From IMG/VR virus record IMGVR_UViG_3300028283_000231: a stretch of 64,000 nucleotides of DNA; one strand, 5' to 3'. Below, in pieces: positions 42,755 through 52,907 of the stretch. Position numbers and translations under genes: made by a program. Origin of the DNA: a virus (lineage: Duplodnaviria > Caudoviricetes). The notes under the pieces are model-generated. The model saw only the letters and a list, made by a program, of their open reading frames with translations. It ran no database searches and was not told the DNA's origin. Every line of letters begins with the position of its first letter. The stretch's first letter is position 1.

Positions 42755-43967
42755 TAATATATGTCCTATAACAAATAGTAAAAAGAAATTAAAATATTTT
42801 GATCTTGGTGAAATGCCATTAGTTAATAATTTAACCGATACATTCGAGGAATCTTTATTCGTAAAAAAATATCCATTATCTGTATCTTTATTCGACGAAT
42901 CAAATCTTAGTGTACTCGATGTTATTATAGATCCAGACGAAATGTTTGAAAATTATACATTTAGATCAAGCACCAATAAACCGTATTTTTTTCATTGTAA
43001 AAAAATGTACCTGTACTTACAAGATTTCATAGATATTAAAAAAGAAGATTTGTGTATTGATATCGGTGGGAATGACGGTACTTTATTACTGGCGTTTAAC
43101 GAAGTAAGTAAAGATATGGATTTACCAATCTGTGATAAAATAAATATAGATCCAGCCAAAAATATATCAAAAATATCTATCAGTAAAGGCATCAACACGA
43201 TGGTAGAATATTTCGGTGAAAACACATATAAAAACATAGATAAAAAAGCCAAATTAATAATATCTACAAACGTATTCCAACACCTGTACGATATAAAGAG
43301 TTTTGTAAAAGGTATAAATAACTTATTAGATGATAATGGTATATGGTGTTTAGAATTTCCGTATTGGGCATATACAATGGAAACAAATCAGTTTGATCAA
43401 GTTTATCACGAACACATATATTATTATTTAGTTACACCACTTAAACAATTCTTTGAAAATAATAATTTGAAAATAATTAACATATCAGAACATTTCATTC
43501 ACGGTGGTTCATTAAGATTAATCATAACTAAAAAAGGATCAAATAGAGAACCAGATCATACCATACAACCTTATATAGACAAAGAAAAGAAATACGATAT
43601 AAATTATTACGATAATTGGTACGTTAAAGTTAACGAACATTTGGAAAAATGTAGAGAAGTTTTAAGAAATTTAAATGGTAATTTATTTGGTTTCGGTGCA
43701 GCGGCCAAAGGATGCATTTTTTTAAATACTTTAAATTTGAATTATAATGATATTCAATATGTTATAGATGATACAGTTTTAAAACAGAATAAATACATAC
43801 CTGGAACTGGAATTAAAATAATAGACAGATCAATCATTAAGGTTTACGATATAGATTACATACTTATATTAGCACATAATTTTGCTGATTATATTATGAA
43901 ATCTTTAAACGAATACGGTTATAAAGGAAAATATATTATTCTTCTACCTGAAATAAAAATAATTTAA
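42744..43967 (+). CDS. NDP-sugar C-methyltransferase-like protein
   Basis: DLG.MPL.N, DIGGNDGTLL, NVFQH, YHEH..Y, HGGSLR, GFGAAAKG, IDD...KQ.KY.PG. Confidence 0.85.
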   Translation: MINNNICPITNSKKKLKYFDLGEMPLVNNLTDTFEESLFVKKYPLSVSLFDESNLSVLDVIIDPDEMFENYTFRSSTNKPYFFHCKKMYLYLQDFIDIKKEDLCIDIGGNDGTLLLAFNEVSKDMDLPICDKINIDPAKNISKISISKGINTMVEYFGENTYKNIDKKAKLIISTNVFQHLYDIKSFVKGINNLLDDNGIWCLEFPYWAYTMETNQFDQVYHEHIYYYLVTPLKQFFENNNLKIINISEHFIHGGSLRLIITKKGSNREPDHTIQPYIDKEKKYDINYYDNWYVKVNEHLEKCREVLRNLNGNLFGFGAAAKGCIFLNTLNLNYNDIQYVIDDTVLKQNKYIPGTGIKIIDRSIIKVYDIDYILILAHNFADYIMKSLNEYGYKGKYIILLPEIKII

Positions 43968-43971
43968 TAAA

Positions 43972-44529
43972 ATGATAAGTTATATACCAACAAAAAGAGA
44001 AAATCCAAAAGTTATGACTGATATGCCATCAGCCTGGTGCGATATACCAACTATCCTTAAAGATATTATAGATAGATTTAATATTAAACAAAATAAAGCA
44101 CTAGAATTCGGCGTTGAATGGGGTTACTCCACATCAGCCTTATCTAACTACTTCGAAACAGTCACAGGAGTCGATACATTCACCGGCGACGTTAACTCCT
44201 ACCTCAAAGAAAATCACTTTGAAAAAACTAAAGATCTACTAAAAGATTATAAAAATATTCAACTTGTGGAGTCTGATTATCAAGATTTTATAAAAAATAA
44301 TAACGATATTTACGATTTAATTCACGTGGATATTGTGCATAATTATGACCAAACTTATAAATGTGGAGAGTGGTGTGTTCAACATTCTAAAATTACTATA
44401 TTCCACGACACCATATCTTTTGCGGAGGTTTATAAAGTATGTGAAGATTTATCCAATAAGTATAATTTAGAATTTTACAATTATCCAAATTCTAACGGTT
44501 TAGGTATATTAATTAATAACAGTATATGA
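43972..44529 (+). CDS. Class I SAM methyltransferase-like protein
   Basis: LEFGVEWGYS, DLIHVD..H.Y, FHD. Confidence 0.75.
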   Translation: MISYIPTKRENPKVMTDMPSAWCDIPTILKDIIDRFNIKQNKALEFGVEWGYSTSALSNYFETVTGVDTFTGDVNSYLKENHFEKTKDLLKDYKNIQLVESDYQDFIKNNNDIYDLIHVDIVHNYDQTYKCGEWCVQHSKITIFHDTISFAEVYKVCEDLSNKYNLEFYNYPNSNGLGILINNSI

Positions 44530-45176
44530 GAGAACTTTACATCTATCATCACATGGGGCTAGGTGACCATTTAATTTGCCATGGCATCATTAGACACTAC
44601 GCTAATGAATACGATGTGGTGCATAATTTTGTAAAACCTCATAATTTTAAGAGTGTAAGTTTCATGTACAGAGATTTAAAGAACGTTGATTTAATTGAGG
44701 ATTACGATCAAGACGCTGAAAAATATACAAAAAATGTATTAAAAATAGGATTTGATAATTTGTTTTACGGTGGTAATACTTTTGATAAAGGGTTTTACGA
44801 ACAAATTGGTTTACCATTTGAAAATAGATGGGAATTATTTAAAATTGAAAGGGATATTAAGAAAGAAAAAACAATTTATAACGAATATAATATAACAGGC
44901 AATTATAATTTTGTACACGATGATAGTAGATTTCCTATTCCGTTGCAGTATAAAAACAATAGTGTTTCACCTAGAATTGGTTTAACAGAAAACATATTTG
45001 ATTATTTGACGTTAATAGAAAAGGCTGATGAAATACATTGTATAGAAAGTAGTTTTCTATTTATGATTGATTCCGTTATTAAAGGAAAAAAGGTTTTCGT
45101 ACACAGATCCTCAAGATGGAACCCAAGTAACGAAATACCACATTATAGTAATAAAAATGAATATATTATATTATGA
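44526..45176 (+). CDS. Putative GT-B/GT9-like protein
   Basis: HHMGLGDHL, A.EIHC.ESSF. Confidence 0.45.
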   Translation: MRELYIYHHMGLGDHLICHGIIRHYANEYDVVHNFVKPHNFKSVSFMYRDLKNVDLIEDYDQDAEKYTKNVLKIGFDNLFYGGNTFDKGFYEQIGLPFENRWELFKIERDIKKEKTIYNEYNITGNYNFVHDDSRFPIPLQYKNNSVSPRIGLTENIFDYLTLIEKADEIHCIESSFLFMIDSVIKGKKVFVHRSSRWNPSNEIPHYSNKNEYIIL

Positions 45177-45703
45177 AATATAAACAAGCAATTATAGAAT
45201 CAATGGAATTACTATCCAAAGATACAAAAACACTGTTCCTTGGATACGGTATTAAATACGGCGGTAAAGCTGGTGGTACCTTATCAACAATAAATACTGA
45301 ACAATTAATAGAAACTCCGTTGGCTGAAAACTTAATGGCTGGTTTATCAGTAGGATTATCTATTGAAGGATATAAACCAGTTTTATTTGTGGAAAGATTC
45401 GATTTCATCTTAAACGCTTTAGACGCTATTGTTAATCACCTTGATAAATTTAAAATTATATCAGAAAATCAATATAAACCTAAAGTCATAATAAGAACCT
45501 GTATTGGTAGAAGATTATCTCCGTTTTTAACTGGACCAACTCATACTCAGGACTTTACAGATGCTATGAAAGAATTAGTATCTTTTCCCATATTAAGACC
45601 AAGAACAGCAAGTGAATTAATTGATTGTTACAAGATGGCTTATAATTATAATGATAGTGTTATGATTGTAGAGGAGTTGGACTTATATGATATTGATTTC
45701 TAA
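45173..45703 (+). CDS. ThDP enzyme E1-beta/transketolase pyrimidine-binding domain (truncated)
   Basis: LIETPLAEN.MAG.SVG.S..G.KPV......F..NA.DAIVNH, GPTHTQ. Confidence 0.8.
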   Translation: MKYKQAIIESMELLSKDTKTLFLGYGIKYGGKAGGTLSTINTEQLIETPLAENLMAGLSVGLSIEGYKPVLFVERFDFILNALDAIVNHLDKFKIISENQYKPKVIIRTCIGRRLSPFLTGPTHTQDFTDAMKELVSFPILRPRTASELIDCYKMAYNYNDSVMIVEELDLYDIDF

Positions 45704-45719
45704 AAAATAATGTAAAGAT

Positions 45720-46772
45720 GTGACTTCTAATAAATATGACGATAAGAAGATAGTTTGGTTTCCAGAGAAATTGTTCTCAATGAAAGATGATATAGTGAAA
45801 CCACCTATATATGTAAGAGTAAAACCTATAAATAGATGTTGCCATAAATGTTTCTTTTGTGTATATAACAGTGATTTTTCAAATATGCACGAAACAATGG
45901 ATAAGAAAGACATTTTAAGTAAAGATAAAATGTTTGAAATACTTGATGATTTTAAAGATATGGGAGTTAAAGCCATAACCTACTCTGGTGGTGGTGAACC
46001 ATTAATGCATCCAAATATATTAGATATAATAAGAAAAACAAAAGAAAATGGAATTGATTTATCAATAATAACTAACGGTCAATTATTGAAAGGTGAAATA
46101 GCTAAAGAATTTTACGATAGTAAATGGGTTAGAGTATCAGTAGATTATTTTAATAGTAAATTGTTTAGTGAATCAAGAGGAGTAAAAGAGAAATTCTTTT
46201 ACGAAATTGTTGAAAATATAAAAGATTTTGTTGAAAATAAAAATAAAGAATGTGAAATAACATTAAATTATATAATAACAAAAATTAATCACGACACTAT
46301 ATACGAAGCTTGTAAATTCTTTAAAGACTTAGGAATTGATAATATAAGACTATCACCAATGTGGACACCGGATTTTATGGAATATCATAAAGATATTAAG
46401 GACTTGGTGCTTAGTTCAATAGATAAAGCTAGGAATGATTTACAGGACGATAGTTATATGGTATATGATAGTTACAGAATAACACCAGATGCGACTAAAA
46501 GAACTTATCATAAATGTTACGTGATGCAGATAATACCTGTAATTGGGGCTGATGGTATTGTTTATAATTGTCACAATAAAGCTTACTCAGAAGATGGTGT
46601 GATAGGGGATATTAATAATCAATCGTTTAAAGAAATGTGGTTTAGTAAAGAAACAAATGAATATTTTAAGACGTTTGATCCAGTGGTACATTGTAATCAT
46701 CAGTGTTCGAACGATAATAAAAATATTATTATTCGTGACTTGGTAAATGTTTACGGTGATAATTTTGTATAA
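45720..46772 (+). CDS. Radical SAM/SPASM-domain protein
   Basis: CCHKCFFC (CxxxCxxC), SGGGEP, TNG, C-terminal C...ADG.VY.C. Confidence 0.9.
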   Translation: MTSNKYDDKKIVWFPEKLFSMKDDIVKPPIYVRVKPINRCCHKCFFCVYNSDFSNMHETMDKKDILSKDKMFEILDDFKDMGVKAITYSGGGEPLMHPNILDIIRKTKENGIDLSIITNGQLLKGEIAKEFYDSKWVRVSVDYFNSKLFSESRGVKEKFFYEIVENIKDFVENKNKECEITLNYIITKINHDTIYEACKFFKDLGIDNIRLSPMWTPDFMEYHKDIKDLVLSSIDKARNDLQDDSYMVYDSYRITPDATKRTYHKCYVMQIIPVIGADGIVYNCHNKAYSEDGVIGDINNQSFKEMWFSKETNEYFKTFDPVVHCNHQCSNDNKNIIIRDLVNVYGDNFV

Positions 46773-46785
46773 AATAAATATAAAT

Positions 46786-47391
46786 ATGAATAAAGAAGAT
46801 TTAATTAATTTTGAGAAAGAAGTCATAGAAATGTTTGAGGATGGTGACGTGCCTTATCTTTTACATATATGTGGGGGAAACGAAGAAGAGTTAATAAATA
46901 TATTTAAAAACATTAAACAGACTGATTATAAAATATCAACTCATAGAACGCACTATCATTATTTGCTTTCGGGTGGTGATCCAGTTAAATTAAAAGAAGA
47001 TATAAAGAGAGGTAAGAGTATGTTTATTTTTGATAAAGAATTAAATTTCTTATCTACTTCTATTGTAGCTGGTGGACCTTGTATAGCGGCCGGTATAGCT
47101 TACGGTTTAAAAATGAAAAATTCAGATCAAAAAGTTTGGTGTTTCTTGGGTGACGGAGCAGAGGATGAAGGACATTTTTACGAGGCAGTAAGATTTGTAG
47201 ATGGTTACGATTTACCGTGTACTTTTGTAATAGAAGATAACAATAGGAACGTATCTACAACAAGAGAACAAAGAATGGGTAAATCAACAATCGTTTGGCC
47301 TTCTTGTGTAGTCAGATATAACTACGTAGCAACGTTTCCACACACTGGGACAAATAGTGGTAAAAGAATAAATTTTAAATTCAATTCTTAA
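46786..47391 (+). CDS. ThDP enzyme E1-alpha-like subunit (truncated)
   Basis: H...G.EE, STHR.H.H, GDGAEDEG.F.E...F...Y.LP..FVIEDN. Confidence 0.82.
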   Translation: MNKEDLINFEKEVIEMFEDGDVPYLLHICGGNEEELINIFKNIKQTDYKISTHRTHYHYLLSGGDPVKLKEDIKRGKSMFIFDKELNFLSTSIVAGGPCIAAGIAYGLKMKNSDQKVWCFLGDGAEDEGHFYEAVRFVDGYDLPCTFVIEDNNRNVSTTREQRMGKSTIVWPSCVVRYNYVATFPHTGTNSGKRINFKFNS

Positions 47392-47438
47392 ACAAACCCT
47401 TCTTTTTCTAGTATATTCTAAAAAACAATCATATAACG

Positions 47439-48665
47439 ATGAAAGAACTTTTTACGCTTGGTAAGTTAAACGTATCAGACTTTATTCCAACAAATAAAAT
47501 CACTTTATTCACTAAACCACACGAACTTAAATTGATGTTGGAAGAAGAAACTGGCGCTGTTAGATTAGAAAAACCAGCTCCAATGGACGCAATGTACGGT
47601 AAATACTGGTACAGAAGTGGTATCAATCAAACAATGCGAGACGAACTTAAAAATGTTGTAGAATCTGTATTAAAAGTACATAAATTAAAAGAGAATGATA
47701 TTTGGCTAGATATAGCTTGTAATGACGGCACGATGTTTGAATTTATGCCAAAGAATATAATAAAAGTTGGAGTTGATCCTTGTGACGATTCTTATAAAGA
47801 CGAGTCTGAAAAGAAGGCAGATTGTATAGTTCAAGATTATTTCAATTACGAAAATTATAGTAAATCTAAATTCGGTAAAATGAAAGCTAAAGTTATATCT
47901 ATCATAGCAATGTTCTACGATTTAGATAAACCAGATCCTTTCTTACAAGACGTCTTTAAAGTTTTAGATGACGATGGTTTATTGGTTATGCAAATGAGTT
48001 ATACACCATTAATGATAAAACAATTAGCATTTGATAATATTTGTCACGAACACATTTACTACTACTCTCTTTTCAATATAAAGAAAATACTTGAAAGAAA
48101 CGGATTTAGTGTAGTAGATTGTACATTAAACGATATTAACGGTGGTAGTTTCAGAGTCTTTATGAAGAAGACTGGGCACGAGAATGAATTTTACACACAA
48201 CCGTATCGAGACGTTGCTAATTTTAGAGTAGATTCTTTATTAGAGTATGAAAAGACATTGAAATTAGATAGTGAAGAAACTTGGTTAGATTTCTTTCGTA
48301 GAATAAATGAATTAAAAGTACAAACAGTTAAATTTATTAAAGAAGCAAAAGCTAATGGTAAAACTGTTTGGGGATACGGGGCGTCGACGAAAGGTAACAC
48401 TACACTTCAATATTTTGGTCTAGATGAAACATTAATCGATGGTATAGCAGAAAGAAGTACTTATAAATGGGGATTAAAGACAAGTGGCACTAATATTCCA
48501 ATTTATTCAGAAGAAGAGATGAGACACGCAAAACCCGATTATCTTTTAATTTTACCGTGGCATTTTATAAATGAATTTAAAGAAAGAGAAAAAGATTATT
48601 TGATAGGTGGAGGAAAATTCATTGTTCCTTGCCCAAAATTTGAAGTTGTGAGTTATGGAAAATGA
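47439..48665 (+). CDS. NDP-sugar C-methyltransferase-like protein (second paralog)
   Basis: YWYRSG.N..M, DIACNDGT, ICHEH..YYS, NGGSFR, YGASTKGNT, LPWHF. Confidence 0.85.
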   Translation: MKELFTLGKLNVSDFIPTNKITLFTKPHELKLMLEEETGAVRLEKPAPMDAMYGKYWYRSGINQTMRDELKNVVESVLKVHKLKENDIWLDIACNDGTMFEFMPKNIIKVGVDPCDDSYKDESEKKADCIVQDYFNYENYSKSKFGKMKAKVISIIAMFYDLDKPDPFLQDVFKVLDDDGLLVMQMSYTPLMIKQLAFDNICHEHIYYYSLFNIKKILERNGFSVVDCTLNDINGGSFRVFMKKTGHENEFYTQPYRDVANFRVDSLLEYEKTLKLDSEETWLDFFRRINELKVQTVKFIKEAKANGKTVWGYGASTKGNTTLQYFGLDETLIDGIAERSTYKWGLKTSGTNIPIYSEEEMRHAKPDYLLILPWHFINEFKEREKDYLIGGGKFIVPCPKFEVVSYGK

Positions 48666-48828
48666 ACAATTACCAATAGTTAAAAGATTATTGGATCAAA
48701 TAGGTGATAGAGATATCGTGGGGTACGGATCGTCTGTTAAAAAAGAACTCATAGTTGACGAAAATTATCATATTTTTCTATTTTTAAAACAAAAAGGTAG
48801 AAAAATAATATAAAATAAAAAAAAGATT

Positions 48829-48990
48829 ATGGGAAGACCTAAGATAAAAGATAAGAAAGTTGTTATGTCGATAACAATCAACGAATTACTCAATGAAAAA
48901 TTAGATAAATATATAGGAGAGAAAAAACTAAGTAAATCGGAGTATGTTGAGTATCTTATCAAAAAAGATATTCATAAAGATGCATCCTAA
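48829..48990 (+). CDS. Ribbon-helix-helix protein, paralog of 9418-9582 (not in track)
   Basis: MGRPKIKDKKVVMSITINELLNEKLDKYIGEKKLSKSEYVEYLI. Confidence 0.75.
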   Translation: MGRPKIKDKKVVMSITINELLNEKLDKYIGEKKLSKSEYVEYLIKKDIHKDAS

Positions 48991-49753
48991 TATTATTTCT
49001 GTCTCACGAAGAGAAGATATTCCGGGTTTTGATAACAGATCAGAATGGTTTATGCAAAAATTGAAAGAAGGTAAAATTGATCTTTCTAATTTTTACCAGA
49101 GTTATGAAGTATCTTTTGATAAGACTTACTTTGCTGTGTTCTGGACTAAAAATCCAAGACCCTTTATGAAACATATAAAGGATTTACCATTTAACTATTA
49201 TTTTCAATATACTCTAAATGATTATCCCGAATACGAACTTCGTGTTCCACCCTTAGAAGAAAGAATACAAACATTTAAAGATTTATCTACTGAAATAGGA
49301 CAAGAAAAAGTTATATGGAGATTCGATCCTATTATAGTCAATGACGATATAAGTGAAGACGAAATCGTTAAAAGAATTAAAAATATTGGCGATCAAATAT
49401 ATCAATACACCAATAAATTAGTCTTTAGTTACATTGATCCTTATAAAAAATTAGCTAAATATTTTAAAGAAATAGATGACAGAACCAAAATATCTATAGC
49501 AGAAAAACTCATAGAACTAAATAAAATATGGGGATTAACATTAGCAACATGTGCTGAAGTGATTAATTTAGATGGGATTGAACACAATAAATGTATTGAT
49601 CCTGTTTTAATAGAGCAGATTTGTGGTCCTAATAAATGGATAACAAGGAAAAAGGATAAGGCTCAGAGACCAGTTTGTGGTTGTATTGCTAGTGCTGATA
49701 TAGGAACATTTAAAACATGTAGACATTGCTGCACCTATTGCTACGCTAGTTAA
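48980..49753 (+). CDS. DUF1848 family protein
   Basis: ISVSRREDIP, FWTKNP, WRFDPI, CAE, CID, CGC..S.DIG...TC.H.C.YCYA. Confidence 0.88.
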   Translation: MHPNIISVSRREDIPGFDNRSEWFMQKLKEGKIDLSNFYQSYEVSFDKTYFAVFWTKNPRPFMKHIKDLPFNYYFQYTLNDYPEYELRVPPLEERIQTFKDLSTEIGQEKVIWRFDPIIVNDDISEDEIVKRIKNIGDQIYQYTNKLVFSYIDPYKKLAKYFKEIDDRTKISIAEKLIELNKIWGLTLATCAEVINLDGIEHNKCIDPVLIEQICGPNKWITRKKDKAQRPVCGCIASADIGTFKTCRHCCTYCYAS

Positions 49754-49768
49754 AAAATAAATAATATA

Positions 49769-50992
49769 ATGTATTACGCTGAAAATGAAACAGATAAATA
49801 TATAAGGGAAACTTATTTTCCTGATTTTTCTTATAGGGGGATTATGGTTGAAGTAGGTGCTGGTCCTCCAGAGTGGATTAGTATGTCAAAACATTTTAGG
49901 GAAGAAGGTTGGAGATGTATTTGTGTAGAGCCTAATCCTAAATTCGTAAAGATGCACAAAGAAGCTGGTAATGAAATATATCAATGTGCTTGTTCGAACG
50001 ATGATAAAGTTTCAAATTTTAAAATTGTAAATACACATAATTGGGACGAAGATAAAGAAGGAGTGAGCTATTCTTCACTAGGAATAAGATACATGCCGTT
50101 TGATCCTAATAAAAATGAAGTCGAAAATATACAAGTAGAAGTTAAAAAATTAAATACTATCTTAGAAAATGTTAATGTACAACACGTTGATTTTGTGTCT
50201 ATTGATACAGAGGGATGGGAGATTGATGTAATGATGGGGTTTGATGTAGTTAGATATAATCCTAAAGTTATATTACTTGAAAATTACGGTCATAATTCAA
50301 ATTATACAACTTATATGGAGAGTTTGGGTTATTATTTAGATAAAAAAATAGAATTTAATTATATGTATGTGAAAAAGAATATAAATTATTACGGACAGCA
50401 TGGTGAAGACAAGGTTATAGAAAAATATTTCCCAGGAGGATTTGTAGGAGGTTGTATAGATATTGGGGCCACAGATGGAGTATCCATTAGTAATACTTTA
50501 CATTTTGAACAGAACGGTTGGTATTGTTTGTGTGTTGAGCCAAATCCTAAATTCTATAATAATTTGAAGAATAATAGAAAGAACGCTTTAAATTTGGCTG
50601 TATCAGATCACAATGAGGATTTTGCTACTTTTAATATAGTTGTTTTGAATAATCAAATAGAGGACGCTATAAGCAGTTTGAAAATTGATGATAGATTAAT
50701 AAAAGATCACTCTCAATACGATATAAAAATAATACCTATAACTTGTGATATAAGAACTCTTGATTATTGTATTGATAATCATTATAAATATGATACAATT
50801 GATTTTGTAAGCGTTGACACAGAAGGGACAGAATTAGATGTTTTAAAGGGGTTTGATATTAATAAGTGGAGCCCTAAATTATTTATCATTGAGAACAATT
50901 ACGAAGATAAAAACATAGAGGAGTATATGAACAGTTTTGGTTACGTGAAAGATCAGAGATTAGCTGTTAACGATTTTTATATTAAAAAATAA
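49769..50992 (+). CDS. Tandem double FkbM-family methyltransferase
   Basis: Two units each with (E/D)(V/I)GA, CVEPN and S(I/V)DTEG.E. Confidence 0.88.
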   Translation: MYYAENETDKYIRETYFPDFSYRGIMVEVGAGPPEWISMSKHFREEGWRCICVEPNPKFVKMHKEAGNEIYQCACSNDDKVSNFKIVNTHNWDEDKEGVSYSSLGIRYMPFDPNKNEVENIQVEVKKLNTILENVNVQHVDFVSIDTEGWEIDVMMGFDVVRYNPKVILLENYGHNSNYTTYMESLGYYLDKKIEFNYMYVKKNINYYGQHGEDKVIEKYFPGGFVGGCIDIGATDGVSISNTLHFEQNGWYCLCVEPNPKFYNNLKNNRKNALNLAVSDHNEDFATFNIVVLNNQIEDAISSLKIDDRLIKDHSQYDIKIIPITCDIRTLDYCIDNHYKYDTIDFVSVDTEGTELDVLKGFDINKWSPKLFIIENNYEDKNIEEYMNSFGYVKDQRLAVNDFYIKK

Positions 50993-51001
50993 GATTAATT
51001 A

Positions 51002-51253
51002 ATGGAAACATTTGGAAATTTAGTGGACAAACTTACGATAGTAAATCTTAAAATATGGAAATATGAAGATATTAAAAGAGACTCTAAAGAGGATAGTGAA
51101 ATAGCTGAGGCCACTAGAAAAACAAATATATTAAATCAACAGAGAACAGATTTAATACAAGAAATTGACGAGATGTTGATTGAAGCTTCTAAAGGTAAAA
51201 TATCATTCAAGAATTATAAACAGGGTGATACAAAAAGTTACGGTAAGAAATGA
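51002..51253 (+). CDS. DUF4254-like coiled-coil protein
   Basis: DKL.I.NLKIW..ED..R...N..NQ.R.DL...ID. Confidence 0.65.
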   Translation: METFGNLVDKLTIVNLKIWKYEDIKRDSKEDSEIAEATRKTNILNQQRTDLIQEIDEMLIEASKGKISFKNYKQGDTKSYGKK

Positions 51254-51930
51254 CTACAAATTTCATAACATACTACGATGATAAAGGTGATAGTAGATAT
51301 TTAAGAGAGGCTAATAGGACTAAAAATAGTGCTGTTAAATTTTTTGACAGTGTTACTGTTTATAATAGAGATACTTTAATTAAAGAACCTTTTTACGAAG
51401 ATAATAAAACCATATTAGATCAAACTAGATACGCTGGTTGGTGTCTTTGGAAACCATTTTATATTCACAAAAAATTAATGGAAATGGAATATGGTGACGT
51501 TCTTTTTTATATGGATGTAGGTGATATATTACATTATAATATAAAAGGTTTTTTGTTAAGTATAATAGAACAAAATGACGGTTTCTTCTTAGTTCAGTCC
51601 ACTCACTCCAATAAAGTTTGGACAACCAAAGATTGTTTTGTTTTAATGGGGTGTGACGAACCTAAATACTGGGAAGCCAACCAATTAGAGGCGGGTGCTA
51701 TAGGATTTAAGAAAACTGATGAAACAATTAAATTTGTAGAAGAGTGGTTAATGTTTTGTAAAAATGAACATATTTTAACTAAAAATAATATAAATGAAAA
51801 CCATTCTGAATATTGTGGTGATAATAGGGCAGATCAATCTGTTTTAACTAATTTGAAAATTAAACACGATATTAAAACGGTATCTATTTTTTCCATCTTA
51901 ACGTTCATTCAACATAATATACCAGGATAA
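51250..51930 (+). CDS. Putative glycosyltransferase-like protein
   Basis: W.LWKP..I...L, LFYMD.G, DQSVL. Confidence 0.55.
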   Translation: MTTNFITYYDDKGDSRYLREANRTKNSAVKFFDSVTVYNRDTLIKEPFYEDNKTILDQTRYAGWCLWKPFYIHKKLMEMEYGDVLFYMDVGDILHYNIKGFLLSIIEQNDGFFLVQSTHSNKVWTTKDCFVLMGCDEPKYWEANQLEAGAIGFKKTDETIKFVEEWLMFCKNEHILTKNNINENHSEYCGDNRADQSVLTNLKIKHDIKTVSIFSILTFIQHNIPG

Positions 51931-51944
51931 AATAATGAAATTTA

Positions 51945-52907
51945 ATGAGAGTATTAATAACAGGAGGATTAGGTTTTATAGGTTCAAATTTAGCGACAAT
52001 TCTTTCTAACACTGGTAATGAAGTTACTGTGATAGACAATTTAAATCCGCTTTACGGTGGCAACGAATTTAATTTATTCGACGCCAATAAAGATAATATT
52101 AAAGTAGTTAAAGGCGACGTTAGAGATAAGGAATTATTAAATGAATTAATTAAAGACGTTGATGTAGTTTTTCATTTCGCTGCACAGGTTAGTTATATTG
52201 ATAGTTTGAGTATGGTATATGAAGACGCTGATGTTAATTCAGTTTCCACTTTAAATATACTTGAAAGTATTAAAAAAATAAATCCTAATATCCTTGTATT
52301 TTTCACTAGTTCTAGATTAGTTTACGGTAAAGTTGATGTTATGGTTAATGAAGAATACGCTACAGTGCCAACATCAATATACGGTACTCATAAATTAACG
52401 TCTGAAAGATATTTGGAAATATATCATAGAAATTTTGGTATTCCTTATGTCATATTAAGATTGGCTAATCCTTACGGTATTAAGCAACAAATGAAACACA
52501 GTAAGTATTCTATGGTTGGTTGGTTTATTCGACAAGCGATGGAAGGTAAGACTATAAATATATTTGGGGACGGTAATCAAAATAGAGATTATATTTATAT
52601 AGATGATATTATTTCAGCCATATTAAATCTTATAAATGAAAATTATTATAATAACATTTATAACTTGGGTTATGGTCATTCGATAAGATTTAAGGATATG
52701 GTGGAAAAAATTGTAAGTATTGTTAAATGTGGTGAAGTTAAATACGTTGAGTGGCCATCAAATTACGAAAAGATTGAAACTGGCAATTTTGAGATAGATA
52801 ATCGTAAATTAATAAGAATTGGATGGTACCCTAAAATAACTTTTGAAGAAGGTATATTTAAAACTTACGATTTTTATAAAAAATATAAAGAACATTATTT
52901 CACATGA
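51945..52907 (+). CDS. NAD-dependent NDP-sugar epimerase/dehydratase
   Basis: ITGGLGFIGS, FHFAAQ, YGTHK (YxxxK), LRL.NPYG, RDYIYIDD. Confidence 0.92.
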   Translation: MRVLITGGLGFIGSNLATILSNTGNEVTVIDNLNPLYGGNEFNLFDANKDNIKVVKGDVRDKELLNELIKDVDVVFHFAAQVSYIDSLSMVYEDADVNSVSTLNILESIKKINPNILVFFTSSRLVYGKVDVMVNEEYATVPTSIYGTHKLTSERYLEIYHRNFGIPYVILRLANPYGIKQQMKHSKYSMVGWFIRQAMEGKTINIFGDGNQNRDYIYIDDIISAILNLINENYYNNIYNLGYGHSIRFKDMVEKIVSIVKCGEVKYVEWPSNYEKIETGNFEIDNRKLIRIGWYPKITFEEGIFKTYDFYKKYKEHYFT

